This document shows positions 48,701 through 62,220 of a stretch of DNA of 64,000 nucleotides, in pieces. Source of the DNA: Tricharina praecox (lineage: Eukaryota); contig NW_026250414.1 in assembly GCF_024521635.1 (NCBI RefSeq), positions 682,001-746,000 on the forward strand. The letters run 5' to 3'. The position numbers and the translations under genes are program-made. How positions within the stretch are numbered: the stretch's first letter is position 1; every line of letters begins with the position of its first letter. The notes below the pieces were generated by a model. It ran no database searches, had not been told where the DNA came from, and saw only the letters and a list, made by a program, of their open reading frames with translations.

Positions 48701-51035
48701 ATAGGTAGAGGAAAGAGAAGTTGATCGGGTTGATCTTTTATTTGGATGATGATGATGATAATAATGATGATAGAAAGGAGAAGAAGATGATGGTGATGAA
48801 GAAGGGAGAAGGGGGAAGGGGCCGTTCTTCAGCCTCCAGACGCATTGTCCACATACGGCGGCGATGACGTCTACTATATCGGACGACGTACGTGCGATCC
48901 CACTACACATCGCGCCTCTCAATGGCGCCAGCATACCGTATCGAAGGAGCCTAGGACAGCTCCGATCGATCCGGAGAGGGGTGTGGACTGTGGGATGATG
49001 TCCGATGAACGTTCCCATCATGTACCTACCACCCTCGAGACTCGAATAGGTGCATACGGTACTCGGAAGGACCATATAGAAGAAAGGCTTGCCGCTGGTG
49101 CACAAGGCAGGCTCCAGAGATGTGCTCGAACTCTCGGAGGCATCGATGATCGACTTATGATAATCTTATACCCGGCATGTGATATAGCACTCTATGTAGA
49201 TACCGATCCTTGCAGCGGAGCCGGCGGGAATGCCCACTCCTGGAATCTGCACGCCCAACTAGGCTGGTACTGCCGAAGTGAGAACTGCGAAGTGCGAAAT
49301 GCGAACCCGAAACCACGATGACGGAAAAAACAACTGTGCACGCGGTGGGTGATATTGGTTGTACATACAGATGCGGTATGTCGCCGTTAGACGTCTCTGA
49401 CTCTCTGGGTCTGTCACGGCTGACACGAAAGCTGTGTCTTATATGTATCAGCTAGATTGACATGCACATGCTCTACATAGTGGAATGCTGGTATTCTATA
49501 TAACTGCTGGGTAATGTCTCACGCATCCGCAAAATCGGAACTGTCGGATGGTTGTGCATGATCTTGCACCTGAGAGTGCATACAAGGAGGAGTGGTATGA
49601 TACCTACGGCAGTACTCGAGCAAATAGGTGCAAGTGCTTAGGTCAGTATGTACGGTACCAAAAAGGCTGGTACATAAAATCGACACCGTATTGATCCAGC
49701 AGACTTGTAAACACGGTAACCCAGTGGTCACTAGTATTGATCATATATCAACATGAAAATAAATGGCGTGTTAATTGCTGCTACGGTATCAATTCTCCCC
49801 AGTTTTTTTTGCTACTGTAGGTAAAAAGTACTCACTTAGGCCCGCCGTCGGCCGGCTTTGTGAGCGAGGCTGAATTCCGGGTTCACACGCGAGGCTCGGG
49901 CTGTCCTTCCAGATCAGCGCCTGTATCGCCGACAGCCTGCATGCAAGTAACCGAGTACCGGTAGGCATTTAGAGTAACTAGAGGACAGCACGTACCCTCA
50001 TCGGCGGCTGAGACATCGTGCCGTATTCATCTCGATATGTTGAGTATCGTTGAAGGCTTTGACCTCGGTTTCTGGCCGGAGAACGTGCCCATCATGTGCG
50101 GCAACAAGATGCATGTGCGTGGTTAGGCAGATGCTAGTTTACCGGTAGTCTGCGCCGCGCCGAAGATCGTTGGCACATGAGCCCGGCATCGTCGGGCGTG
50201 CTGCACGGTTCGGTCGCCGGTCCGCGTCTCGGTCTCACTCGCTTGCCTGCGGCTGGCGACGTCCCAGCAGCGGCTTTTGCGAATGTTATGCACCAAGTTG
50301 AGTACAGGGAGCGCCACGGGCTTGGGGCGTCGAGTGTGGAGTGTGGAGAGCGGCGTAAACTAGATTCCGGGGTAACTACAGTAGATCGATCTATGGTACG
50401 CAAATCACGCCGCACCCCCTCTTCGAAGCTTCTCGTCCTCTTCCATGCTCCACTCGCCGCGGAGACTGTAACTATGGGCTTGTGAGGAACCGCTCTGCCG
50501 GGACAAGGGCCTGGCCTTCCGGTCTGCGGGGGCGGGGGGTGTGGTCGTAGTAGGTAAGAAGTAGTTCAAGTCTACCGGCTGAAGTCTTCGCTATTCGCTG
50601 TATGTGAGATCCGATACCTACATACGATCGATGCCCCATTCTCTTCCGCCCCCAAGGCATCGGCTCCGGTAGCGAGGAGCGAGTGTGAGAAGCGGGCACA
50701 CATGATAGGCAGGCCCCGGTAATATCATAGACGCCTACTAGACCTTGCAAGACGATCACTATTGCCATATGATAGAGTATATACTGCTTACTTACATGAT
50801 ACCCATACCCATCCCTTCCATTCCCATCCCTTCCCTTCCGTTTGAAGCCCAGAATTCCCTGAAGCCTCTACTGCGCCGATCCCTGCTCTGGGAACCGAGG
50901 GAACAACAGAGTATCTCGGAGTGCAATAATTAAATACTGGCCTACACCCTGCGAGCTGATCATTCTTCTCTCCCTCCCTCCCTCCTCGAACTGTACACGT
51001 ATCTTCCGGAATCCCAATCCCACGCTGTCGGAATC

Positions 51036-52894
51036 ATGTCGGACGACCCCAAGAGCTCGGAGAGTTCGCTCGAAAGCCATCCTGAAGCCCATCTTACGCC
51101 CATAGCCGCAGACCCTGCCCTTGTATGTACTCCGTGCGACCCTTTCCGTGGGTGTGTTTATCGGCAGATGTCGTGTTGATGGTTCCGCAGTACGACACGG
51201 ATTCGAACGACTATGACATGAAGTATGTAATGCGATCCAAGACGTCTACTAGTCATCGGCTTACACGCAAGCAGCGAGACCTTCTCGGTCACGTCTTCGG
51301 TTTTCGAGTTTCGCTGCGAAAACGGTGAGCATGATTCGATACGAGCAGGGTCACCAAGTGCCGAGGTTGATGGGCGGGAAAATGAAAATCCATAGGCCGA
51401 ACATACCATCGCTACAAAGATGGAGCCTATGTCTTGCCCAACGATGAAGTATGTATCATAGGAGGCCTGGTTACGAATTGTCTGTTCGTCCGCTGACATG
51501 TATCGAAGGCAGAGAAGGACCGGTATGTACGCCGGCTCGAGTACATACTGCGAGACCAAAACTGCTAACGAAACGTTGTGTGGCGGGTAGACTTGACGCT
51601 GTTTGTCTTCAGTGCGTTCTGTTTTTGGAGTTCGAGTGGCCTATGCTCACCAGCGCTACATCCATACCACATAGATCCACCACCTGTACCTGGTCCTCCT
51701 CGATGGCAAGCTCTGTCTGGCGCCCATCGAGAGTCCGAAACGCATCCTGGATGTCGGTACCGGCACGGGTATCTGGGCTATCGAGATGGCAGAGTCAGTT
51801 TTCCTCGGTCGATGATGATATCGTATGAGGAACGGCACCACCGACTGACTGGCTGCAACATAGTGCCTACACGGAAGCAACGGTTATCGGAACAGACCTG
51901 TCCCCAATTCAGCCTGAGTGGTATGTGATCCGGACTCCGCGACATTTGGGCTGTAGAAAGACAACTAGGTGGCCATGATTGGCAAAAAGCAGAAACGATT
52001 GACGATTTTCGAATAGGGTGCCAGAAGTATGACTTCCGGTCCGAAGCATCGAATATTGCAATCGCGATTGCTGATGATGATTGTTTAGAACTGCATGTTC
52101 GAGATAGATGACGCCGAAAGCGAATGGACGTACCCACCAGTCAGTTATCCGATCCATTGCACGACACGGCAGCACAATCTACGCACAAAACCCATTTCTG
52201 GACGGGTACTGATACCATACATCAGTAATAGGACCACTTCGACTTCATCCACAGCCGGCATTTAGCACAATCGATAAAAGACTGGGATCTATATGCATCA
52301 CAGCTATTCCGGTGAGTCTACCCCTTGCTCATCGATTCCGCGAACACCCGTCTGACCGGACCTGCAAAAGCCACACCAAACCCGGCGGCTATGTGGAGCT
52401 CGCCGAACACGACTACACGCTGTACTCGGACGACGGCACGTACCGGCCCGGGCTTGCGCTGTACCGTTACATGAGCCTCATCTCCGAAGCCGCGCTGACT
52501 GCCGGGTTCTCGGATATTGCGCCCCGGATGGGCCGGCTCCTGCAGGGCGCCGGCTTCGTCGACGTCAAGATCGCTGTCAAGAAGTTGCCGTGGGCTCCGT
52601 GGGCGCAGGACGAGAAACTGAAGGAGCTGGGTTATTGGTCCCTGCTGGGACTGTCGAACGTCGCCTTCGAGGCGTTCGGCATGGCCCTGTTTACGAGGTA
52701 CCATAACTTCAAGCCCGATGAAGTCAAGGAGCTCTGTGAGGCCGCGAGGAAGGATGTCTGGGATAAACGCGTGCATGCTTATCATCTGCAGTAAGTATCT
52801 CTTCTCTCTCCCCATCTCTCCCCGCTCCCTTGAACGTCGGAAAACTGATGGACGCCACTTTAGTTATGTGGTGACAGCGAGGAAGCCGGAATAG
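51036..52894 (+). CDS. LaeA-like class I SAM-dependent methyltransferase (many introns)
   Basis: ENGRTYHRYKDGAYVLPNDE, RILDVGTGTGIWAIEMA, VIGTDLSPIQP, FEIDDAE, FDFIHSR, KPGGYVELAE, AGFVDV, and terminal YVVTARKPE*. Confidence 0.93.
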
Positions 52895-53485
52895 ACGGAT
52901 ATAGCACATACGGGAGTTGGCGTATAAAGAAGGAGAGGATGAGTTGTTTGGATTTAGAATGTATATCAGCTATATAAATCATACCTCAGCGACGGACCGG
53001 CCACAAATTTCAAAATCTTCTGAATTTTTCTCCGGCTAAGACTCCGCCACTCTGGTACATAGCAGACACAAATACTTGAGACCTTCCAAGACCACCTCTA
53101 GTCGCCGTTTTGTATGCCGATTCCACGTGCTTCCGATTTCTTCTCCGCATCCCACCCACCCCCACCCCCGGATCTAGAAAACTGTCGGGAAAGTGTTCAT
53201 TCCCAGACCTCAGCCCGGGTGATTTCTAGTCGATTTCCATATGTACACACAAAATTCACGCTTCCATTTCATTTCATTAGAGAATTCTACGTCAACACCA
53301 ACGCCGGCCCCTGTAGATATCCAAGCTCGAGACCAAGAGCAGAGCAGCAGCACCATATCCCTCGCTTCCCCATCTCTTCTGTCTGCCGGCTTCTAGTCGA
53401 TTGGTCTCAGGTCTGTAATAAGGCCGGCGGAAGGTTGGCCCTTTATAAACCGCAGCCTGCGGGCACCAACGAAGCAGCGAGCGGA

Positions 53486-55524
53486 TCACTTCCACGACTT
53501 TCTGATCATCGCTGTCGCCGCAACACCGACGCTGACACCGACGCCCAGGCCAACTCTGAACCCGGCCCCCGGCGGCTTCAGCGACAGCCAGATCGTGGAT
53601 AAGATGTAGGTGGCGTAGCCGCGGACCGGGAGCTTGCGGCGCTGGACCAACTCCTCGTTGCGGTAATCCCGCAGGAGGCTCTTGCCGTGTTGTTTGGAGG
53701 GGACCGTCCGAACATCACGGCCACTGTCCTTGTGGTCCCGGAGGAGAGTACGGATCAACCCCTCCGCTTCGCGGGCAGTAGGGCGCTGCGCCTCATCGGG
53801 ATTAAGCAAGCGCTTAACGACTCCGAGCGCGCCTCGGAACACATGATCATCATGCATTCGCTCCTCGAGCTCCACCACCTTCTCCCGAACCACATTCTTC
53901 ACCTCGCCGTCCTCGTGGAAGTACGCAACAATGCGGCAGGCCTTTTTCTCCTCCCTCGCGCGGCGAAACTCGGCGACGCCCGCGCTGCCCTCGGCGTGCC
54001 ACACGAGCAGCTCGAGGAATACGCAGCCCATTGGCCAGATGTCGAATGACCGATGGATCCACTTCCCGGCCATCTCGGGCCCGGCGTACTCGCTGAACGG
54101 GCGCATGCGGATCGTGGAGAGGGAGCGGTCCTGTGATTGTGGTTGTGCTGGCGCCCAGCACGCCTTGAAGTGCCCCATCCCGAGATCGGTCAGTGCGAAG
54201 CTGTGATCGTTGCGCACCAGGATGTTGGCCGGCTTGATATCGAGGTGGTACCCGACGCCGTGCTTGTCTCCGGTATGTATGCGATCCAGCGCGGAGAAGA
54301 GATCTGCCACCTGCCCCACTATCCGTGCGGTGGTGTCGTGTGGGAACGTGGGCGCCGGCTCTCCCATGAGCGCGTGCAGGGACATCCGCGCAATCGGGTA
54401 GAAGGACACGAGCTCGGGGCCGTAGCAGAGCGATGCGAGCATCGGCACAATGTTCGCGTGCTGGAACCGCCGGTTGAGCCGCGTCTCCGCGCCGTAGTCT
54501 TGGTCGTCCCATTCCGGCCCGCCGCTGCAGCAGTCGCCGCTGCTGCCGCAGGATCCGAGCTCCGCCCCGCTGCCGCCGCCAGAGGGAATGCTGATGATCT
54601 TGACGGCGACATGGCCGTCCGTGGTCGAGAGGTCGTGGTAGCCCTCGAAAAGCGAGGCGCGGTAGACCGCGCCGTATCCGCCCCGGCCGAGTTGGCTGGT
54701 CAGGTGAATCGGTAGAGCTTGGTTGATGTTGACGGATTCGATGCCATCCACGTCCGTTCCCGCCAATGTCGAGATATTCGGCAGAAGGAACTCGTACTGC
54801 TTCCGGTGGTGGAAATTCCTCGCAAAGTACTTATCGCGGATCTGCAGTTTGGTATAAATCTGATCGACGATGCGCTCCAGTTCACTCTTCTCGAGCGGCC
54901 GAGCCAGTGCCCTCTCGTCGGTGTACTTATTCTCGACAAAGCTATGGATAAGGTAGAGACGGTCCATTTCCAGGAGGATGGCGAGGATCAGCCGGTATTC
55001 GCTGAAGATCGTGGCGATGTCTTGCTCCGTGGCGGCGGGAGAAAGAATGCCGCGGCAGCGGTGGCATGCACAGTGCAGGAGTGACCGAACGGCATTATAG
55101 GTCAAGACTCGGCAGACGTCTTGCTTGGGATACACGCTTCTCATGACCCCCGTGGGCGAGTTCTTGATATATCTCTGCACACCACGGATTTGCTCCCTAA
55201 AGGTCTCACAGACGTTTCCATTCTCCGAGAAGACGTTTCCGTCCGAGCTCTCTGTGTTGGGTCCAAAGAGTGAACTATCGGACTGCGTAGTGGCGCAGTG
55301 GGAACGCTCCACTGGCGCTGCCATGGCAACGACTGGTGTTCTGTCAGTTTTAGTCCGAAGGAGCATGCAACGCCGTACGGTTTCGCTAGTGACGATGGAA
55401 CGAACTGCGGCGGCGGTGGTGGCGGTGGTGGAGCTGGTGGTAGATTATCGAAAGCGCTTGTTGTTTCTAGTGAGCAAAGCAGCCGTCTCCTTGAGGAAGT
55501 GTTACAGTCGACAGACTTCCCCAT
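53486..55524 (-). CDS. Divergent fungal Ser/Thr protein kinase
   Basis: LGRGGYGAVY, VAVK, HANIV, YHLDIKPANILV, LTDLG, YAGPE and DIWPMGCVFLELLVW. The 55524 start is inferred through a 38-nt intron; the track's alternative start is 55366. Confidence 0.88.
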
Positions 55525-57165
55525 GGAGGCCCTTCAGGTCCTTTGGCGCTGCTTTGAACAGTTCGAACGATTTGTAGATGAGTAAGGAAGGCCGGACGGT
55601 GTGGTGGAGAGGAAGTGTTCGATTACGGCGGTAGCCCCCACGTGCTGCCACTCCTCAGCTCCCACCTGGCCAGTTGCGCAGGGAAAGAACTAGTTAGCGC
55701 ACATGGAGTTAAAATTAGCGTCTGAGCTTCTGACGATCCGGTCCCGAAGGCTGAGGTCACAGTGGTCACGATTTTACTGGTATTCTGCAGACTACATACC
55801 TAGTACATATAGGAAATGCCGAAGGTAAGTACATAACCAACTCCTAAGTGCTTAAATATTCCTACCGATCAGATATCTATGGCCCTGTGGACCCTTTATG
55901 TGTAGATACCCGAAGTATAAGGAAAAAAGTGTACCTACGCGAACTCTGCACGATTTCGACCTGTGTTACGCATGCCTTGTTTTCCCCCTCGCACTTGGCG
56001 CCCACCCACGCAGACGTCGATCGACAGCCAGTGGTAACTATAGTAGAGTAGGTAACAGCCGGATATCCGTAGGAGCACAGTCGATCCAGCATCTGCAGCG
56101 GCGCAGCCCAATATTTATGCGAGCCGCAGCCGAGCATCTACAACCTGTGATTGCCAGATGGAAGCAACAGGTGTGATGGCATCAGGAGTCCAGCGGTCAA
56201 GGCCATATGCATCCACATATACATCTGAAAGGTGATTCTATACGGCCACTAGAACACAGTATTCGATCCAAGAAGAGCCAGACAAGCAAAATTCCGACTC
56301 GATCACCCGACTCGGTCTTGTGTGTCACTCGGTCATCACCTAATCGATCATGCGTGTTATGATCTGCAGGGAAACAAGCGTACAGCTCCAGGCGCTGTGT
56401 ACTCTACACATGTCCCGAGTGGGATGGGATACCAAGCGAAACCGGAAGAAGCGGGGTTTTACTTCCCGCCGGTCACCCGGGGGGGAAGCCGAAGGCGGTG
56501 AGGATCCCGTCGCGATCCCGACGGTGATCCATTCCAGGGGTGCTACATACTGCCGATGGGCCACCGCCGCACTAGAAGAGGAGAGCTCGCGTAAGAAGGC
56601 CAGTCACCAGTGCGGGTTCCGCTGCACGGGGACAACGGAAGAAGGGGGGTGGCAGGTCAAAAAGCGGAGATTGTGGGCAGAGAGCGGGGTTCTCAGTACG
56701 GTAGAGGTCTCAGTACCTTCTCATCCAATTCAAAATGGCAGGCGGTATGAAGTGGCGTCCAGCCCTCTTGATTGGTTGCCTTTACCCCTGCGCTGTGCTC
56801 CAATAGTAATCTCGTTATCCTATCATTCACCCCGTAATCGCAGGCGACATGGAGTGCCGTCCAACCGTCCAGCCATATTTATGATACATACGGTTGTTTT
56901 TTTGCTTCTCGTTGGGCTGGAAACGCCCTGAATAGGTATACATGCTTATTCGATCCGAGGGGTGATACTCTGAAGTAGGATATAGGTACTCAGATCCAGC
57001 GTCATAGACTAATCGTACGGTTCGTCGGAGAGGCTATTGCCGTCCCCACAGATACGTCATACAGGGCCTTCAGGATTGTGAGTCTTCTGCAGACTTCCGG
57101 AGGTCTAATCACGACAACGAGTATCAGCCGCTTGGTGTTGGTGTATCGATATCACTACGACGGCA

Positions 57166-57921
57166 CTACCGAAACCACCAGTTAACGCTCGCACCCACGC
57201 CACTGCCCACACCCTTCACCGCGTGCCACCATCCCGTCGGGATGAAGCAGCCATCACCCGGGCCGACCTCAACTTCATACGCCTCATCCTGGCCATCATG
57301 AGCACCCCACACGACCTCCTCAAGTCTCTTCCGGGCCTCTCCTAGCATCATATCCTCCTCAGTCCTAAACCTTGCCACATCGCTGCCAATCAACTTCTTC
57401 CCCACCGCCGGCGAAAACATCCTGACACGCTTTCTCCCTGCTATCTGCACAAACAGGTTTGGATTCGGGTCCTTGTGTAGCGGGGTGTTTATGCTCTCGC
57501 AGCGGCCCAGCCACAAGTTCGTAGCGTATACATCGCCTCTTCCCGTTTCCTCGACGATAGCGGGGGTAGGTATCGACTCCTTCAGCGCGGGGATCAGCTC
57601 CAGCAGCGGTGTCTGCGCGAGGTAGAGTTCTGGCAGGCCCGGTGGCAGTTCTGGCAAGGAGAGGTAGTGCAGCAGGAGCTCGAACGGGACGGAGACGCGC
57701 TCGAACGTCGTGGATGTGCTCGACTCGACGGTGATGCGGGTCGCGAGATCCCGCTCCGACAGCGTGCGTTGGAAGAAGTCGAGATTGAGGGCGCCCGTGG
57801 CGGAGAACCAGGTTTTGTTGGCCGGGATGAGCGCCGCGAAGGCTCCGCGCGGGAATTGGCACGGTGTGTGCGACGCGAAATGGGCTCGCAGGGCGTCGCG
57901 GAGGATCGGGAGCGATTGCAT
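57166..57921 (-). CDS. JmjC/cupin-8 2-oxoglutarate Fe(II) oxygenase
   Basis: LYLAQ, NLWLG, TPLHKDPNPNLFVQIAGRKRVRMF, GPGDGCFIPTGWWHAV and SVNWWFR; the HxD...H triad is intact. ATG at 57921. Confidence 0.93.
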   Translation of the reverse strand: MQSLPILRDALRAHFASHTPCQFPRGAFAALIPANKTWFSATGALNLDFFQRTLSERDLATRITVESSTSTTFERVSVPFELLLHYLSLPELPPGLPELYLAQTPLLELIPALKESIPTPAIVEETGRGDVYATNLWLGRCESINTPLHKDPNPNLFVQIAGRKRVRMFSPAVGKKLIGSDVARFRTEEDMMLGEARKRLEEVVWGAHDGQDEAYEVEVGPGDGCFIPTGWWHAVKGVGSGVGASVNWWFR

Positions 57922-58439
57922 GGTCTGTGAGGGCTGTTGCGAGGGTGGGGGTGGGGGTGGGGAATGTCCGAAGTCCGAGATGTGGGGTGAAGATGATCTG
58001 CGCGCGCCGCAGCCCCTGGCAAAACGACTAAGATGACAGGGCTGCTGGAAATCGGCTTGTTCCAAACTTTATCATGACGTTCAATTCGGATTACGCATGC
58101 GCATGGAGTCAATCAGGGCAATAGGATTCGTTACATATCTGCAGGGTGAAGCTGGCCGGATCGCGCAGAACCGTTGGTAAATTCGAGTGGACATCAACAC
58201 CATAACTCCAATAATCGTCCTTTTACAGTAAATGTTTTGCAAACGGGATATTCACCTGTCACGATCATGCGCACAATTATGACTGTATCAAAGGTCTAGC
58301 ATCAAACAGTCTCTTCTAGCTCTTGGTTCATTTTTAAGTTGCTATGATTGCTTGTCACCATTCTTCTCTTTCGTAAGCCCACGGCCAACACGTTTTACTC
58401 CGCCAGCACAAAAAAGATCATCCTCACCGTTATGGTTGC

Positions 58440-58495
58440 TTTCTTTCTTCATCAATTGCTTGCGGTGTATTTAGATCATGGCAACATACACCATT
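58440..58495 (-). mobile_element. Short degenerate copy D of the dispersed retroposon 3' end
   Basis: TTCTTTCTTCATCAATTGCTTGCGGTGTATTTAGATCATGGCAACAT resembles the tail core of copy A (TATTTAGATCATGGCAA is identical). Confidence 0.5.
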
Positions 58496-58835
58496 TCCAT
58501 CAGTGTATAAAAAATCGTACTTGAGCAGCCGACCATGTGGAACTGCGAGTGAGAATACATCACGTGCATGAATTTGGCCGCTGGCAGCGGGATGACGCAT
58601 CAGACCAAAAAACAAAGGCAGCACACGGTAAGACGAGAGACAGGGCAAGCGCCACTCGTATCACTCGCTTCTCGTCGACCCCCGTTCATTAGCTACCTCG
58701 TCCTACTCCACCTTCACCTCGCAACACATCTTCAATCACACCCACAACCACCACAACACCACACTCACTCTCTTCACATCTTCGCTTCCTACCTCACTAT
58801 CTCCTTTCACTTTTCACCCCTTATACAATCTCATC

Positions 58836-61800
58836 ATGTCATCTACCTCTCCTTCCCGTGCCCCCGACAAGAACGAAGGGGTCCATCAAGCAAACGCCAG
58901 CGATCCTACCTCTATCGGTTCTGCCCCACCCGCTGTAGCTCCGACGGGTTCAAGTGCGCATACCGACGGGCGCCGACCTGAAATCACTCGTTGCTCTAAC
59001 TCTGCCAAGCATCCTCGATGGAAGTGTAATGTGTGCAACTACCACTTCAACCCGAATCAGCAGGAAGCACATCTTGCCAGCAACGCGCATTTGAGCAGGG
59101 TAGCAGAGAACGACAGAAGGATAGAAGCAACTCAGAGAAGGCTGGAAGAGGCTAGGAAACGACAGCAGCAGGGACGAGAGGACGCCCAGGTGGCTGCACC
59201 GTCGACCGGCAGGAGGAGGAACGACAAGGGTAAGAGGTTCAAACTCAGCGGAGCGAATACAATGCATGCACAGGAGGACAAGACCGGGACGACTACCGAC
59301 CTCACGATGCCTGGGGAACTGCAGGCAGAAAGAGAGCGGTCCGGTAGCAGCAATTGGCTTTCTCAGCCACTGCGTTCCAATGAGTCTCCTTCAGAATACG
59401 AGCCGTCTGGCAGACATAGGAGAAAGAGGCCGAGCAAGAGGAAGCAGAAGGTGTCTTCGCAACCCCAACAACCGCCTACAGTACCCGGGCAGTCAACAAA
59501 CATCGGGGAGCTTTCCATAGCAGAGGAGCCGCAACCGGCCACTGAACAACCCCCCAATGCCGTACCCCTCGTTAGTACACGCCCCGTCTTCAGCGAGAAG
59601 CAACCCCCTAGAGAGGCGAAACCGAAAAATTTCGAGAGTCCACACAACAGACCAGCGATGGAGAAAGTGAGTGAAGACCTGCAGAAAACGGAGAATGGAA
59701 TACCCGATGACCAGAAGGTGAAGAAGGAGAGTGAGTCGGAGATCGAGAGAAAGCCGGCGCCTTCGCAGTCCGAATGTCAGCCTCCAGCGTTTGAAGAGCC
59801 TAGTGGAGTCGCGACGCTGTCTCAGAATATACAACCACAAGAACTTTCTTTGGTTCTTGAGAAGTACGACAAGTCTAAGAAGATAAAGAAAACGTTTGAG
59901 AAGCTTCTTGACTCTGCAGATCCCAATTTGGACCTACCTCCAGCAGCCCAACATTCTGCCAAAATCGAGGATCCTACCAAGAACGTCATCGAGAAGATTC
60001 AGAAACTTCTTGAGGCTCGGGAATCCAAAGAGATTTCTGAGAAGATTCCTGAGATTTCGTCACACAAGGACCTCCTTCCAGAACTCAAGAAGACCGATGA
60101 GCTCTCAGGCATAGATAAACCGCAGCAGGAAGGGAGCATTCCTTCTGTTGAGAAGGACACTAAGGTAGTGCAAACCTAAAGACGTGTCCCCAGAAGTTTA
60201 GTGGATAAAGCTGACCAAGTAAAAACTAAACCAGGGACAAAACCGTGTCAGCGTCGAGATGTCGCCCAAAGCCACACAGTCTATGGATGTGCGCCAGCCA
60301 TTCAACCAGATGACGAGTACCATGAGGACCGACCAGAGAAGACCACAGCAGGAACAACTCACGTCAGCGAGAAGGAGGTTTGTGGAAAAGAGAGATCAGT
60401 CTCAAGGATCGAGGGGTGGGTCTCAAGGATCGAGAGGTGGGTCTCAAGGATCGAGAGGTGGGTCTCAAGGATCGAGAGGTGGGTCTCAAGGATCGAAAGG
60501 TCAGCCTCGCGGAAAACGGGGACGACACCAGCAAACACGAGATCAACCCCGTGGGCCGACAGGCAGACCCCACGAATCGAGGGAAGGGCAACCGCTATCC
60601 GAACGTCTACACGACACCAAGAATACGAAGAAGAAAGATGAGCAACCGAGCAGTGGTAAATCAACTGAACCAGAACACTGGTGGTGCGAACCGTGCAATC
60701 GCACCATGTTTCTACGCGGCAAGGTTCCCCACGAGAATGGGGCTCAACATTTCAAAGCTGTTCGGCGTCAAATCCAACTCCAACTCTCGCTGGGCCTCTT
60801 GCCAAAACAACCCCCACCACCGCGAAGCGACCCTGGCAGGCTTTCCAAGTTTCCACGAGAGACTTTAACCAGCAGGGACCCGTTTGGCCCGGCTCACTCT
60901 GTTTGTCAACGGGGAAATCCGGATACTCTGCCTCAAGGAACATCAATGTCCACCCTTTCGACGAATATCGAAGTACCACCGCCGTTGAATAGTGGTCATG
61001 TCAACAAGCCTTCTCGAGAAGGTTTCTATTGCGATGTCTGCAAGTACATCTTTGACCACAAGGATATCCATCTGGCTTCCATAATGCACACTCAGAAGGT
61101 CGCTAGACAGAACAGTGACACAAATGGAGGGCAGAATGATTTAAAATCAACGAATCGGTCACATGGACATACTAGAAGTCAGACTCATACCTACGGTGGG
61201 TATTACTCCCAGCAGCCATCGGTGCACGAGTATCACGGTTTCCCATCGCTGCCACCGACTCCCACGCTTCTCCGGCGGGAGGTGCCCCTGAGACAGCAGG
61301 AGGATCAATATCGCACTGAAAACTATCCTATCGGTCTTCATTATGGTCAGCAGGCCCCGCCAGCAGGCCCATGTCCACAGCCGTCGTTCCTTTTCCATCA
61401 CGCACGAATCTCACCCCAGCAACTAGAGTTCCCTAACCAGCAAATGAACTACTACCAACAGCAGACTTACCCATTATTACAGCAGCCCTGGTCCCCGAAG
61501 CCGGCCCAGTTTTCTCCGAGTGGTGGTCCCGCACCAACTCCGGGTACGCGTGCAGAACACCTAAAAACAACTCCATCACCTACGGAGTATCACCCCCATG
61601 GATCTCCGAAGCTTTGGAGTCCCGCCAAGCAGGAATGGATGAAACCAATGCAGCAAAAGTCCTGTTTCCAACGCCAATGGTACCCATCTACCGAACAATG
61701 GCAGTCCCAGTTTATCCAGCCACGCAGTTACACGGCAAATCTTCCCTACCCCGCGTCCAACTACACTCCCGCGATGCCCCAGAGGTGGAGCTGCGACATC

Positions 61801-62220
61801 TGCCAGGTTTCGGTTGATGCGCAAAACAGGGAGGCCCATCTCGGGAGCGGATTTCACCGGTCCAGAGCTGCGCATCGCAACAAGGTCATCGAAGTCATGC
61901 AACGCCCCAAGCCGATCCAGAAGCTGTGGACGTGCAAGATCTGCAAGGCCGTAGTGGCGGAGACGGAGATGGCTAACCATCTGCTCGGTGAACAGCATTC
62001 AAAGGTCATCATTGCAAATCTGGAGGCTGCCAGGTCGTGGAAAGTCCCCGGAGCAGTACTCGAGCCGACTCAGATCGTGGCGCCGACACCAGAGCCCGTC
62101 CCGGCAGCGAAGGAGTACGTGGCCCTAGAGATCAAGAACGGAGACGGTAAGGAAGCAGGCGGAGGTGAGAAGAGCGCATATGGCTCCGAGGACGATGAGT
62201 TCTATGGGCTAGTACCTTAG
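58836..62220 (+). CDS. Large matrin/U1-type C2H2 zinc-finger protein with RGG repeats (about 1100 aa, 2 exons)
   Basis: Five CxxC...HxxxxxH fingers. A phase-0 intron 60165-60234 (GTAGTG...CCAG) joins the two track ORFs in frame. 21-nt repeats encode SQGSRGG. Confidence 0.8.

Noticed and set aside
20474..57921. SET, JmjC and LaeA-like genes as a chromatin-modifier cluster
   Set aside because: They are widely separated and interspersed with unrelated housekeeping genes; there is no evidence of functional linkage.
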